Notes: a model not told the origin generated them from the sequence alone. A stretch of 64,000 nucleotides of DNA from an uncultured virus (IMG/VR IMGVR_UViG_3300025961_000410) (IMGVR_UViG_3300025961_000410), one strand, 5' to 3'. Numbered from the stretch's first letter, positions 49,483 to 59,267 are shown. Made by a program: numbers and translations.

Positions 49483-51162
49483 TTAAAGTCCACAGAAAGC
49501 AAACACTGCCTTCTGGTAAGCTTCAATTGCTTTTGCCTTAGATTCGTGAGACTGTCGTTTCTGAGCAGAACCTCTCCGAATCAAAACCTGATGAACACCG
49601 GATGGAGTAACGACCATCGCTACTCTATTGTTCCCTACCTGCTCATCAAGAAGTGGAATCACATTAGCGAAGATATCAATTCGCTGAACTGGCTGGGGCA
49701 GTGGCATATCAACACTTGCCTTACGACCCTCAGGAGTTACTGACTTGGTCTTAGTAACTGCTCTATCGACATTGTCAACCAAGTTCTTACCATAATCGCC
49801 AAAGTACTCTTCCCAGTACTTTGTAGCTGCATCATCAAGACCTTGCTTCTTCAATACAGCCCTGCTAAGATCAGCTTTAACTTTTCTCTTGATGTCACGA
49901 ACCCAAGCATTCCCATAATCACCAAAGTAGTCTTGCCAATAACTCTTGGCAGAGCTATCAACAGCTTTCTTAATCATTGCATCAAGAGACCCATCCCTAA
50001 AGCTCTGAATGGCTAAGCAAGCTTTCTTAACATTCTTCCAACCAGCTTCTCTAACCATAAGAGCTACAACTGGATCAGATGGATGCAACGCTTCAGCTTC
50101 TCTCAAACCATCAAATAAGCTTTTCGCAGCCTTCTTATTTAAAGTCGAGATGACGTCTCTACATTCCCAAGCAACATTAAATGGAAGATTCAACTCAACC
50201 GAAGCTTGTCGAATGGCTAGACCACTGACAATCAGATCTTTAACAGATGAAGTCTTAGCCTGTCCTGCATACTCGTTGAGAGCTTCCCAACTAGCAGTCT
50301 TGGAGACTCTGGATGCGATCTTGCTAAGATCAACTGTTGCTAACTTATTAAGACCTTCGATAGTCCTAGCTGGAAGTGGGTTTCTAACCACTGTATCGGC
50401 CAGTTCAGCTCCGTAAGACGACCAAAAAAGCTCTGCAAATTTGGCAGCCATTTTATCATCTTTGTTAGGACGTGGCTTGACCATATCGATGGAATGAGCA
50501 TCATCGATTAAAGAATCATGGCCTGGATCTTCTTGAGCAAATTTCCTAGCCTGTCGATTAACACTAACGAAGTCGGCAGGAACGCCACTATCCAACTGAC
50601 CTTCAAGCTGGATATTCAACCCATTGCCCATGTAACTAGCCACCCTGCCAGAAACATCTTCGCCACCTAAAGTGTAGCTAACAACATCCCCAACCTTGAC
50701 TGTAATCCCATATCGGTCAGTCAGGCCAGTTTCAGCTCCAGCAGTAGCAATAAGAGTCTCTTTATAAGAGGTCTCAACTGGATGGCGACTCGCAGTCTTT
50801 CCTTCCATTGGGTTTGGAGCTTCCTTAACCTCATCTTCAGGAAAGACATCAGGTTCAGCAGCCAACCTCACTAAAGCATACTTACCATCGGAACTCTTGT
50901 GCATGTTCCAAAGGTCGTGAGCCTTTTTATAAACCCCACTCCCTACTGGTTCAAAACCTGCCTTCTTAGCAAGTTTCTTAGCCTCAACGACAGTCTCAGC
51001 TTCAATCTCTACTGGTTCATCAGCTTGAGCTTCGACAGCCTGATCCATTTCTGGAGAGTGTACCTCTTCTTGAGCTACTTTTTTACGATCAGCGATTCGC
51101 TTAATCGCATCATCACTCAGAGATGGATTTCCGTCTACGGGTTTCAGCGGACGCATCTTCAA
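49483..51162 (-). CDS. KxA-rich protein with repeated YWxxYFGDYG motif (probable head protein)
   Basis: More than ten K/R-x-A motifs; SYWQDYFGDYG and KYWEEYFGDYG. Confidence 0.65.
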   Translation of the reverse strand: MKMRPLKPVDGNPSLSDDAIKRIADRKKVAQEEVHSPEMDQAVEAQADEPVEIEAETVVEAKKLAKKAGFEPVGSGVYKKAHDLWNMHKSSDGKYALVRLAAEPDVFPEDEVKEAPNPMEGKTASRHPVETSYKETLIATAGAETGLTDRYGITVKVGDVVSYTLGGEDVSGRVASYMGNGLNIQLEGQLDSGVPADFVSVNRQARKFAQEDPGHDSLIDDAHSIDMVKPRPNKDDKMAAKFAELFWSSYGAELADTVVRNPLPARTIEGLNKLATVDLSKIASRVSKTASWEALNEYAGQAKTSSVKDLIVSGLAIRQASVELNLPFNVAWECRDVISTLNKKAAKSLFDGLREAEALHPSDPVVALMVREAGWKNVKKACLAIQSFRDGSLDAMIKKAVDSSAKSYWQDYFGDYGNAWVRDIKRKVKADLSRAVLKKQGLDDAATKYWEEYFGDYGKNLVDNVDRAVTKTKSVTPEGRKASVDMPLPQPVQRIDIFANVIPLLDEQVGNNRVAMVVTPSGVHQVLIRRGSAQKRQSHESKAKAIEAYQKAVFAFCGL

Positions 51163-51258
51163 CTTAACTCCAGATACAAGAAAAGAGACAGGGATGATCT
51201 TCCCTACACTCTAGACTATTGTTGTAAGCTCTGAAGAACTGAAGTTATGAGAAAATTT

Positions 51259-51687
51259 CTAACTATCCCAGCTGCGTCTTATCCTATAAAGCTTCGTTGC
51301 AGTTCGATAGCTTCGTAAATTTCTTAATCCTGCAGCCTCAATAGCTCCAACTGCGTGGGGCGTTAGACCCATCACCCTTCCTATTTCTGGTGGGTCTAAC
51401 ATGCCAAACTCATCTACAATATCTAACGTACAACTTTGATTAGGTGGCACTTCGCTTGGGTCAGAGAATCTTTCGACAATCCCTCCTTTCTTGTCAACCT
51501 CAAGGTAAAGATTATGTCTGCAGCTAACATAAGGACAGGGGCGAATAATGTTAGCACATTCGCCCCTAGTTGAGGGTTTTGCAACCTGTTCAGAATCAGT
51601 AGCGACTACCGGAACCACCAGATGTTCCTCTAACGATGGGGAGTCGAACCGGGTATCGAATATGTCTAAGACCCGTTTCTTTATCAA
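51259..51687 (-). CDS. Cys-rich sigma-region-4-like DNA-binding protein (myxobacterial-type family)
   Basis: RGEC...RPCPYVSCRHNLYLEV...SCTLDI...EIGRVMGLT...IEAAGLRNL. Confidence 0.75.
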   Translation of the reverse strand: MIKKRVLDIFDTRFDSPSLEEHLVVPVVATDSEQVAKPSTRGECANIIRPCPYVSCRHNLYLEVDKKGGIVERFSDPSEVPPNQSCTLDIVDEFGMLDPPEIGRVMGLTPHAVGAIEAAGLRNLRSYRTATKLYRIRRSWDS

Positions 51688-52206
51688 GTGGAACCTCAGC
51701 TTTTAAAACTTCAGACAACTCTGATACTGGTAACGTAGTCATCATTAAAGTTGTTGATTCTTCTATAAAGCATACACAACCTTTTTGTTGATGTATGCGA
51801 TCTGCCATCGTATACTTCCAACTATAGTCGTTAGCTCCATGATCAACAACTATGCAAACGTTTTTTGCACAGATAAATTTACGCTTAAATTGTCGAAAAG
51901 ATAGGCCTAGGTGTTTTCTAATCCACGCATATAGCGTGGGTTGGCTAACACAAAGATAATCAGCAATTTGCTGAGCAGTAAAAAATCTGTTAGAAGACTC
52001 TTCTAAGATCTCATTAAGTGGTTGACCAAACTCAGTAATAATTTGAACAGATTTCGAAGAAAGGTCTGCTCTGCAGGGGTGGCAGTACAGAGTTAAGCAA
52101 TCATCCCCATCAAAACAGATCGGAGTTTTACAGTCATAAGTGTGACAGAATAAATCACTCTCTAACCGTGATTCCCCTGGCTTAAGAACTACAGGTGAAA
52201 GCTCAC
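51596..52206 (-). CDS. Cys-rich HTH protein; frame extends ~400 nt upstream of the tracked ORF and its start is out of frame
   Basis: Hand translation LSPVVLKPGE..CHTYDC..CHPC..FTAQQIADYLCVSQPTLYAWIRK.. runs in frame into MADRIHQQKG; GTG at 52206 is one base off. Confidence 0.65.
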
Positions 52207-52439
52207 CAGATTTGAGGTTTGAGATGGGCTTCCAGCTGGTTGGTTAGGGTGTATAGGGTTGGTGGGATATTAGCATCCCACTGAACGTGTAAATGTTCAC
52301 CATTCACTACAAGATGAAAATTGCTAAGCTCAATCTTATCAACCAATGAATGCAAGTGCTGTTTTATTGCAGCTACCCGATCTTTCATCGTAGTTTCAGT
52401 CTTTGCTAAAACATTAGCAGCATCGTCTTGAATTGTCAA
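52203..52439 (-). CDS. Hypothetical protein
   Basis: 78-aa ORF, TTGA coupling with GAGG RBS. Confidence 0.55.
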   Translation of the reverse strand: MTIQDDAANVLAKTETTMKDRVAAIKQHLHSLVDKIELSNFHLVVNGEHLHVQWDANIPPTLYTLTNQLEAHLKPQIW

Positions 52440-53686
52440 GAAACAACCTCTACCAAAGAAGCCACCTTACTTGTAACCCTCTGCATGTAGGCTTTCGAGT
52501 TTCCTAAGCTCTCTTCTTTCTTACGTTCGACTCCAAGAACTTTACCTAAATTCCACATCAAAACGTAATGAGAAAGCTCATCTTGAACCTCTAACTTCAG
52601 CCTAGCAATGAGTTCTCTTTCAGAAGCTACATTATATGCCTTGTAGAGATCCTCTACTTTAGACCGTTTTAACCAATTATCTAATAATTCCTTAGTTTTT
52701 GTCAGAATCATAGCCATCGGAATAACCCCACATTCAGAGTTATCCATAATCTGGGGAAACAGCTCAGTAACCACCGAAGCTTCCCAATGCTGCTTAAGAT
52801 TAGATTCGCACTTTGCTCTAACTGTGGCTTTTAACTGATCAACAGTCTCACTACCAAATTTCTGAGCTAAATCATTAGTCCAGTCTGGCAAAACGTACGA
52901 TAGAATTGCATGGATAGTTACAGTAGTTTCAACCGTAGATCCTTCGTCACTGCCAAACTTTGAATCCAGGACAAATGATACATTATGAGAGCCAACTGTC
53001 TTTCCAATCAACTGTTCTCTAAAAGCTTCTGGATGCAAACCACCTCGAACGATACGCATCTTTCCGCGATCTAAAACCCCCACCTTCCAAATCTCGCCGT
53101 TGATGGTTGGTCGAATAGTTGCTAATACCAAATCCCCTTCCTCAATTTGGACTTCAGCGCCAAATGGGTGAATCTTTTCTCGTTCAAGACTATGATTTGC
53201 TAACAAAGATTCAAGAACCTTGTTAACTGATTGATCGATCTCTTGCTGAGAAACAGTCCGATGTTTGACAGACATTTCCCTAGATGAGAGTTTCTGTATC
53301 ACTCTCTCAGAAAACTTAAAGTCTGGTATCAAGTAAGCTTGACCAAACATTAACAATTCAGTTCCAGCCTCTTCAATCGAAAAATCTCCAAGCATGATAA
53401 CATCTGTATCTGGATATGTCGATTCGACTATTTCTCGTCGATACAGATCTTCTAACAACTGACGATAAGCATGCCACTTAGTATCGTGGGGTTTTGAGCT
53501 AGGCCCTCTTTCAAACTCTTCACGAGTAACAGTCAGCCCTTGCTCTTTATTGGCTGCATCTTGAGCTATCCAAAAGTCGTTGCAGTAAGCCTGGATCTCT
53601 GAAATCTCGAAAACAGTTTCAAAGTTGAATGGGATAGCATCAGGCTTTAGATTTGACTTGCTCACGTTTATTAGCTCTCTCTTCAA
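52436..53686 (-). CDS. Trigger factor-like chaperone (divergent)
   Basis: VSQQEIDQ, EEGDLV, FREQLIGKTVG, TVTIHAI, PDWTNDLAQKFGSETVDQLKATVR, IPMAMI; 416 aa with Tig-like domain order. Confidence 0.7.
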   Translation of the reverse strand: MKRELINVSKSNLKPDAIPFNFETVFEISEIQAYCNDFWIAQDAANKEQGLTVTREEFERGPSSKPHDTKWHAYRQLLEDLYRREIVESTYPDTDVIMLGDFSIEEAGTELLMFGQAYLIPDFKFSERVIQKLSSREMSVKHRTVSQQEIDQSVNKVLESLLANHSLEREKIHPFGAEVQIEEGDLVLATIRPTINGEIWKVGVLDRGKMRIVRGGLHPEAFREQLIGKTVGSHNVSFVLDSKFGSDEGSTVETTVTIHAILSYVLPDWTNDLAQKFGSETVDQLKATVRAKCESNLKQHWEASVVTELFPQIMDNSECGVIPMAMILTKTKELLDNWLKRSKVEDLYKAYNVASERELIARLKLEVQDELSHYVLMWNLGKVLGVERKKEESLGNSKAYMQRVTSKVASLVEVVS

Positions 53687-54728
53687 ACAGGTTCAGGATA
53701 ATGTCAGGAGATTTCTTAGATTTCCAGTCAAGGTTCATATCGCGTAAAGTTACTCTAACGCTACCCCACGGAATTGAGAACTGCTGTGAAATATCTTCCG
53801 CAGTTTTGTTGAACATGACCTGATTAAAATTTGATTGAAGAACTTGGAAATATGATACCGGATCCTTAGTTACTGATCTCACTGCATCCAAAACCGCTTG
53901 GGCTTTAACCTGTGAAAGCCCATCAGATTTCCAGAGAGCACCGTTTCCAGTTTCCCAACCCTCTTGAACTTGACCCCACCTGTTTTGTAAAACCTTCAAT
54001 CCAGTCTCAAAAGTCATTCTTGGGATTGACTGAATCAATCGTAACAAGATGATCGATTCAGGCCTTAAAAAGGCTTGGTAACGGTCTTTATACAGTTGTG
54101 GCCAGACATAGAAGGTGTAAAGATCACTACAGGTAGGGTCCCAATTTTCATTAAGAACCTGTCTATCTCCAGCTTGTAACTGCAGCTGCCAGGTATAGCT
54201 TAAAGTGCTTTCGCAGATATAGGTCTGTAAGCTACACAAACCATCTGCGTCCCAGTTTGCATGCCCTTCAACAAAATTGATCATGGGATCTATTCGACCC
54301 CACATTGGTGTGATACCAAACTGGATCAAGCCATCGCCTTGATAACTCTTTACTTGGTTGATGCATTTGATCTGTTTATCGTCAACCCAAGCAAATGTAG
54401 CTAAATCACTGTAGTCTTTTCTACGAGATGGGTTGAGACAGTCCGAGACTGCTTTGACCAGATTGTCGACATCTTTACCAGCCCAGTTCGTACTTACTCT
54501 AAAAAGGGCCCCAATCGATAATGGTTCGTGATAAGGGATAAACTCATAACCATTGTAATCAAGAGCTCCATAAAGGTTTCTAAAGTCTTCTTTCCACTGG
54601 ATATACTTCTGCTCTTGGCTATCTGGTCCAGAAGTCCAGCGACTATTCTTTACAAGACGGGTATAAGGAAAAGGTTCGATAGCAAATTCAAACCAATTCG
54701 TAACTCCTTGCTTAACCCTAATCTCCAT
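53640..54728 (-). CDS. RusA-like Holliday junction resolvase domain plus C-terminal extension
   Basis: KDVDNLVKAVSDCL...WVDDKQI. Confidence 0.75.
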   Translation of the reverse strand: MEIRVKQGVTNWFEFAIEPFPYTRLVKNSRWTSGPDSQEQKYIQWKEDFRNLYGALDYNGYEFIPYHEPLSIGALFRVSTNWAGKDVDNLVKAVSDCLNPSRRKDYSDLATFAWVDDKQIKCINQVKSYQGDGLIQFGITPMWGRIDPMINFVEGHANWDADGLCSLQTYICESTLSYTWQLQLQAGDRQVLNENWDPTCSDLYTFYVWPQLYKDRYQAFLRPESIILLRLIQSIPRMTFETGLKVLQNRWGQVQEGWETGNGALWKSDGLSQVKAQAVLDAVRSVTKDPVSYFQVLQSNFNQVMFNKTAEDISQQFSIPWGSVRVTLRDMNLDWKSKKSPDIILNLFEERANKREQVKSKA

Positions 54729-55425
54729 AAGATTCCGTTAAAAGGGTGTAAACTTTTGCTTTGAGATCATCTAATGAACCAGAATTGTCCAACACACATG
54801 AAAAAGCTGAGTTGGGTATCTCTGACATTTGTTGTTCTGAAATATGCAATCCAGCAGCACCTTGAAGACCAGAACCAGGTCTCGTAATTCGTATCAGTGA
54901 TGTTCCAGGATATGCAACAAATTCATTGATTTCATTTTTAAAACGCAGGTCTGGAACTACTACACCCTTCACCGGATCAGTAAAAGGATTTGTCTTACCA
55001 ATTAAACCCTTCTTTTGATTATAGGTTAGGTGGGGATTTTCTTCAAGCTGTCTAACCTGTCGAAATAAAAATTCTGTCCAGGTTTTTGGGAAACAGAGAT
55101 CCCTTCCCCATTCGGTACCTAAAGTTTGAAGTGCATGTCTAGCGGTTAAATAAACAACACCAGTACCTGAACATAACTCACATGGCACAACTCGACCATT
55201 TTGATTCTCAAACATTGAACATTTTCGAGGATATCTCTGATCTGGCTCACTTCGTTTTTCAGAAGATCCCCATAGCTGTTCGTCAGTAAAGTCGTAGACA
55301 GATTTACAAATTCGTTTCAACTCATCGGAAAGGCTAATCTTGACAAAACCATAATCTTTGACTAAGATATCTGCTACGGTATCTTTTCCACTACCAGCTA
55401 AGCCACTAATCCCTATAAGCTTCAT
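54718..55425 (-). CDS. Deoxynucleoside monophosphate kinase
   Basis: GISGLAGSGKDT, RHALQTLGTEWGR, VPDLRFKNE, HISE. Confidence 0.9.
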   Translation of the reverse strand: MKLIGISGLAGSGKDTVADILVKDYGFVKISLSDELKRICKSVYDFTDEQLWGSSEKRSEPDQRYPRKCSMFENQNGRVVPCELCSGTGVVYLTARHALQTLGTEWGRDLCFPKTWTEFLFRQVRQLEENPHLTYNQKKGLIGKTNPFTDPVKGVVVPDLRFKNEINEFVAYPGTSLIRITRPGSGLQGAAGLHISEQQMSEIPNSAFSCVLDNSGSLDDLKAKVYTLLTESYGD

Positions 55426-55673
55426 GCAAAAACCTTTCTCAAAACAACTCTAAGCTCTTCTGAGGAACTATTCCAAATATCCCCTAAGTAATCTCGACCT
55501 TCAACAGAATTGATAAGCTCTGAAACTCGCTTATCTTTAAATCTGCCATCTAGTAAAACTGCATCATCTATACCGACTAAACAGAACTGAACTAAGCCAG
55601 ATCGTTTAACAGCTGGTTTCTCAGCTTCTGCTTTATCTGCAGCTAGCATGCTAGCGTTAGTAGTCCTTCTCAT
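55422..55673 (-). CDS. Hypothetical protein
   Basis: 83-aa ORF, ATGA coupling. Confidence 0.55.
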   Translation of the reverse strand: MRRTTNASMLAADKAEAEKPAVKRSGLVQFCLVGIDDAVLLDGRFKDKRVSELINSVEGRDYLGDIWNSSSEELRVVLRKVFA

Positions 55674-56269
55674 ACTCTACTTCCTGTAGCACCAACTTGG
55701 CCTTGGTACCTTCCCTGATAGCCTTTTGAACACTCAGTGTAAAGCATACTTACGACCAACTGACAAACTCTGAAACCAGGCCAAAGTTTTACTGCAACTT
55801 TGCCAAAGTTGACCATCTCTAGTGTTATCTGCCCTTCGAAGCCTGGGTCTATGAATCCTGCGGTTACATGTGCGCAAACACCTAACCTTCCAATAGAGCT
55901 TCTACCATCAACAGAAGCTGCTAGATGCTTAGGCATTCTCACCCACTCTAGAGTCGTTCCCAACACGAATTCGTTAGGATGAAGAACAAAACAATCACCT
56001 TCAGCTAATTCTACTTGCTGATAGTAATCGTTTGGAACTCCTTCTCTCAAGTCTAAATGTGTTGTTGCATCAGGTTTTGGAACCAAAAACGTCTTGCCTA
56101 GTCGAAGATCTATTGACGCTGGCTGAATCTGTTCTGGCATCAATGGTTCGCCAACCCCATTAAAAACACCTACAATGAAAGACTGCGTGTAAGTGTTGTT
56201 CTCATAGTTAACTAACTCCAGCTCATTCTTAAGATCGATATCACTAAGAATCATGATACTTTTACCCAA
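55670..56269 (-). CDS. dcd: dCTP deaminase
   Basis: QIQPASIDLRLG, DGRSSIGRLG, TAGFIDPGFEGQITLE, YQGQ. Confidence 0.92.
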   Translation of the reverse strand: MGKSIMILSDIDLKNELELVNYENNTYTQSFIVGVFNGVGEPLMPEQIQPASIDLRLGKTFLVPKPDATTHLDLREGVPNDYYQQVELAEGDCFVLHPNEFVLGTTLEWVRMPKHLAASVDGRSSIGRLGVCAHVTAGFIDPGFEGQITLEMVNFGKVAVKLWPGFRVCQLVVSMLYTECSKGYQGRYQGQVGATGSRV

Positions 56270-57102
56270 CCTTGCTTAATCAACTCTGCTTCAATATCCG
56301 GTGGTTTCCAGTCAGGTGGTTTGCCAATCTTACCATTTGGTTTCTTATATGATCCGGGTCCAAACTTCGCTAAGTTTGCTAAGTGAACTGCATCTGCAAT
56401 TGGTTTACCATTGATGCCGAATGTTAATCGAGTACCTTCGACCACATAATCTAAATCAGCACAAGCATCTGCTAGCTCGATCAAGTTTGGTGGTTCAGTT
56501 TGTCTTACAAAACCATCTCGTATTTCGCTAAAAAGCAAATCAAGATTAGCTTTAGCCTTGGATAACCTACCTTGTAACCCCGTTTGCCCTGGCAACAAAG
56601 CATCTAGTAATTCAAAAGCCTCTTCAGCGACTAAGGCCGCTCTAAGCAAGATTGTTTCTTGATTAGGGATGCTAGGCGACTTAGCGATAAGGTGTTCACC
56701 TAATCTGTGAAACTCGGAAACCTGTTCTCGTAATGTTTGCTTAAACACTCGAACCTTCTCTAGTACTTCACTTGAAGGTTCAATGCCAGATTGTATCGAT
56801 GATCCACAAGACTCACATAAATACGAAAAGGGGTATTCTGAGTTGAGTTGGATACATGCCAACATCATCGTCTTTTGAACATCAGGAATTACTTTTGAAC
56901 CGGTAACCTTAGAGAAAGCAAAAGAAGTGCCATCAGGACCATCTAGGTATTCGAATGCATACTCTGTCGTGCAACGTTCACATTGAGGACCACAAGGCAA
57001 ACCTACAAACTTAAAAAACTTTTTGATTTCTTCTTCAGTCATACAACCTTCTCCAGATTCGACATACCATTTTGCTTCTTTACTACCCAACGCTGATCCC
57101 AA
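56251..57102 (-). CDS. MazG/all-alpha NTP pyrophosphohydrolase with N-terminal Zn-binding region (start probably MTEEE)
   Basis: LVAEEAFEL, LADACADLDYVVEG, VHLANLAK, GKIGKPPDWKPPDI. Confidence 0.8.
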   Translation of the reverse strand: MGSALGSKEAKWYVESGEGCMTEEEIKKFFKFVGLPCGPQCERCTTEYAFEYLDGPDGTSFAFSKVTGSKVIPDVQKTMMLACIQLNSEYPFSYLCESCGSSIQSGIEPSSEVLEKVRVFKQTLREQVSEFHRLGEHLIAKSPSIPNQETILLRAALVAEEAFELLDALLPGQTGLQGRLSKAKANLDLLFSEIRDGFVRQTEPPNLIELADACADLDYVVEGTRLTFGINGKPIADAVHLANLAKFGPGSYKKPNGKIGKPPDWKPPDIEAELIKQGWVKVS

Positions 57103-59054
57103 TTAACTTGATCGATAACTTGTGCGTGAGAAATCACCAAAACCGTCTTTCCAGTCCCTCTTAACGTCTCTAAGAAGTTTGCAACAATCTGAGAGTTTCT
57201 CGAATCTAAAGCACCAAAGGTCTCGTCTAGAGCTAGTAGATTACTACCTGATCCCAGTTCACTTGACAATCTCCAAAACGCTACAAGAAAAGCGAGAGCT
57301 ATGATACTAACTTCCCCACCACTGTACAGACCCAGAGGGACTTCTTTCTTATCTCCTTCTGAGACAAACACGGTGAAATCCTGGATTACGTCGTCAGGTT
57401 GCCAATCCAGTTCAGGTTTCTTCAGAGCTTGAGGTTTAGGTCTCCAAGGCTTACAGTATACACTAAAGCTACCATCAAGATCTTTTAACGATTCTGCTAG
57501 CAACTCGTTAAGACGCTCTACTGCACCAACCAGTTTGTAGCTCTTGATTAACCTGCATGCCTTGCTTAACCAATCCCATTCAGCACGATGCATCCTTAGG
57601 TCATTCAGTTGGTTAACCAATGTTAATGACTGGTTATTCCACTCAGCTAGTTGTTTAACCTGAACATCATTCTGTGATATTTTAAAGCCTATCTCATTTA
57701 ATTGATTCGATAAAGTTACACGCTTGTTTGATATCTCGCTAACAATCGTGTTAATAGCTAGGGTTCGTGCATCAATCTCTGCTCTTTTCTTTATCAGAGA
57801 TTCTTGATCTTGATCATGCTTAACACTATTAGCTTCAGCCTCAGCAATTAGCCTAGCTACTTCTTTTTGATCATGAATGCATTTTTCATTTGCTTCAGCA
57901 AGTTCAAGGCCATCACAAACCCCATCCCTAATTCTAAAAGCAGTAGCTAGCCGTTCAGCCTTTAAAAACGAAAATTCTAGCTCTTCTAGATTGACTATTT
58001 TAGGAACAGGTTGTTTACAGGCTGGGCAGTTGTCAGGTTGATTTAAAGCGCTGTCATAAGCTGACTTAGCTGCCAACCACCCCAAAACTGCAGAGTGGGT
58101 GATCTGCTCGATCAAAGGGTGGTTTCTAATTCTGGCTTCAATAACTGATCTAGCATTTGCTATAGCGTTGCCTGACTGACGTAGATTTTGAATCTGCTGT
58201 GGGTACGGGTTTTGAGCTAGCTGATTTTCGTACAACCATTTCTGATTAGTTACACGTTCAGCTTCTAACGAGGTTTGGTTTAACAGAAGTTCATCTAAAT
58301 TGGCTTTTAGCTGAGTTTGACCAGATTTTAAGCTAGCCAATACCCCTTCCTCAAGTATTGAAGTGCTAGAAATCTTACCATTAACCGATGCAATCTGCAG
58401 TTCTAAATCTCGAATTTGCTTCTCTAAAGAAGCTGCTTCCAGTTTATACTGAGCTTCGGCCTTATCCCAGATATCTATCCCAGTTACATCAGTCATGATC
58501 GCCATGCGCTGTGCATGTGATCCCTGTATAAACTGCTTCCCTTTACCCTGTGCCAGGTAAGTGGTGGTTAGATACTGCTCATAACTGCAACCAACAATAT
58601 TGCGAAGCTTGGCTGCAGTTTTTGGCATTTCAGCTTCACGTTTATCCAACCACTCTTCACCATTGAAGCACTCAAGATAAATATCACTGCCATGAAAGGG
58701 GTAACATTGTGAATCATTCTCATACGGTGGATCTTGCTTCCACTTTCTAGAGAATGTCACTCTCCATATTTGTTGATTTTTGTTAGTAAAAACCACTCTA
58801 GCACAACAACCGGATCCCCAAACGTTGTTGATGGCATCATCTTTTAAGACTTCGGTTCCAACCTGAGTTTCAACCTTTCCAAAAAGACAGATCGAAATGG
58901 TGTTTAACAGCCAGGTCTTTCCTGATCCGTTAGACCCACCCTTGTCTTGGTTTTGACCCTCAAGCCAGATCAATCCGCCATCATCTAATGAGATGGTTTC
59001 ATGAAACCCATATGGGCCAACCCCGGTTGGATTTACTGAATGTATTTGTAGCAC
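57039..59054 (-). CDS. SbcC/Rad50-like (gp46-like) ATPase
   Basis: NGSGKT Walker A, CPAC zinc hook in coiled coil, YSGGE signature, LALDE Walker B, VISH. Confidence 0.92.
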   Translation of the reverse strand: MLQIHSVNPTGVGPYGFHETISLDDGGLIWLEGQNQDKGGSNGSGKTWLLNTISICLFGKVETQVGTEVLKDDAINNVWGSGCCARVVFTNKNQQIWRVTFSRKWKQDPPYENDSQCYPFHGSDIYLECFNGEEWLDKREAEMPKTAAKLRNIVGCSYEQYLTTTYLAQGKGKQFIQGSHAQRMAIMTDVTGIDIWDKAEAQYKLEAASLEKQIRDLELQIASVNGKISSTSILEEGVLASLKSGQTQLKANLDELLLNQTSLEAERVTNQKWLYENQLAQNPYPQQIQNLRQSGNAIANARSVIEARIRNHPLIEQITHSAVLGWLAAKSAYDSALNQPDNCPACKQPVPKIVNLEELEFSFLKAERLATAFRIRDGVCDGLELAEANEKCIHDQKEVARLIAEAEANSVKHDQDQESLIKKRAEIDARTLAINTIVSEISNKRVTLSNQLNEIGFKISQNDVQVKQLAEWNNQSLTLVNQLNDLRMHRAEWDWLSKACRLIKSYKLVGAVERLNELLAESLKDLDGSFSVYCKPWRPKPQALKKPELDWQPDDVIQDFTVFVSEGDKKEVPLGLYSGGEVSIIALAFLVAFWRLSSELGSGSNLLALDETFGALDSRNSQIVANFLETLRGTGKTVLVISHAQVIDQVNWDQRWVVKKQNGMSNLEKVV

Positions 59055-59267
59055 TCAATCAACCTTATAAGTGCCTTTACCATCCGTAGTTCCTACAGCA
59101 GGTGTGCTGTAAACTTTTACCTTAGAGGCTAGCTCGTCACAGCCACCTACTTCAGGGCAAGGAATGGTATCTTCATACCGTTTTGGATCTAGCTCACCAA
59201 AGCAAACTTCGTTTTGATGACCCTTCAAACAAATATAATCCCAACATTTCATCGGTTTTCCTCCCAC
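59055..59267 (-). CDS. FmdB-like Zn-ribbon protein
   Basis: WDYIC..GH...CPEVGGC...KVYSTP. Confidence 0.55.
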   Translation of the reverse strand: MGGKPMKCWDYICLKGHQNEVCFGELDPKRYEDTIPCPEVGGCDELASKVKVYSTPAVGTTDGKGTYKVD

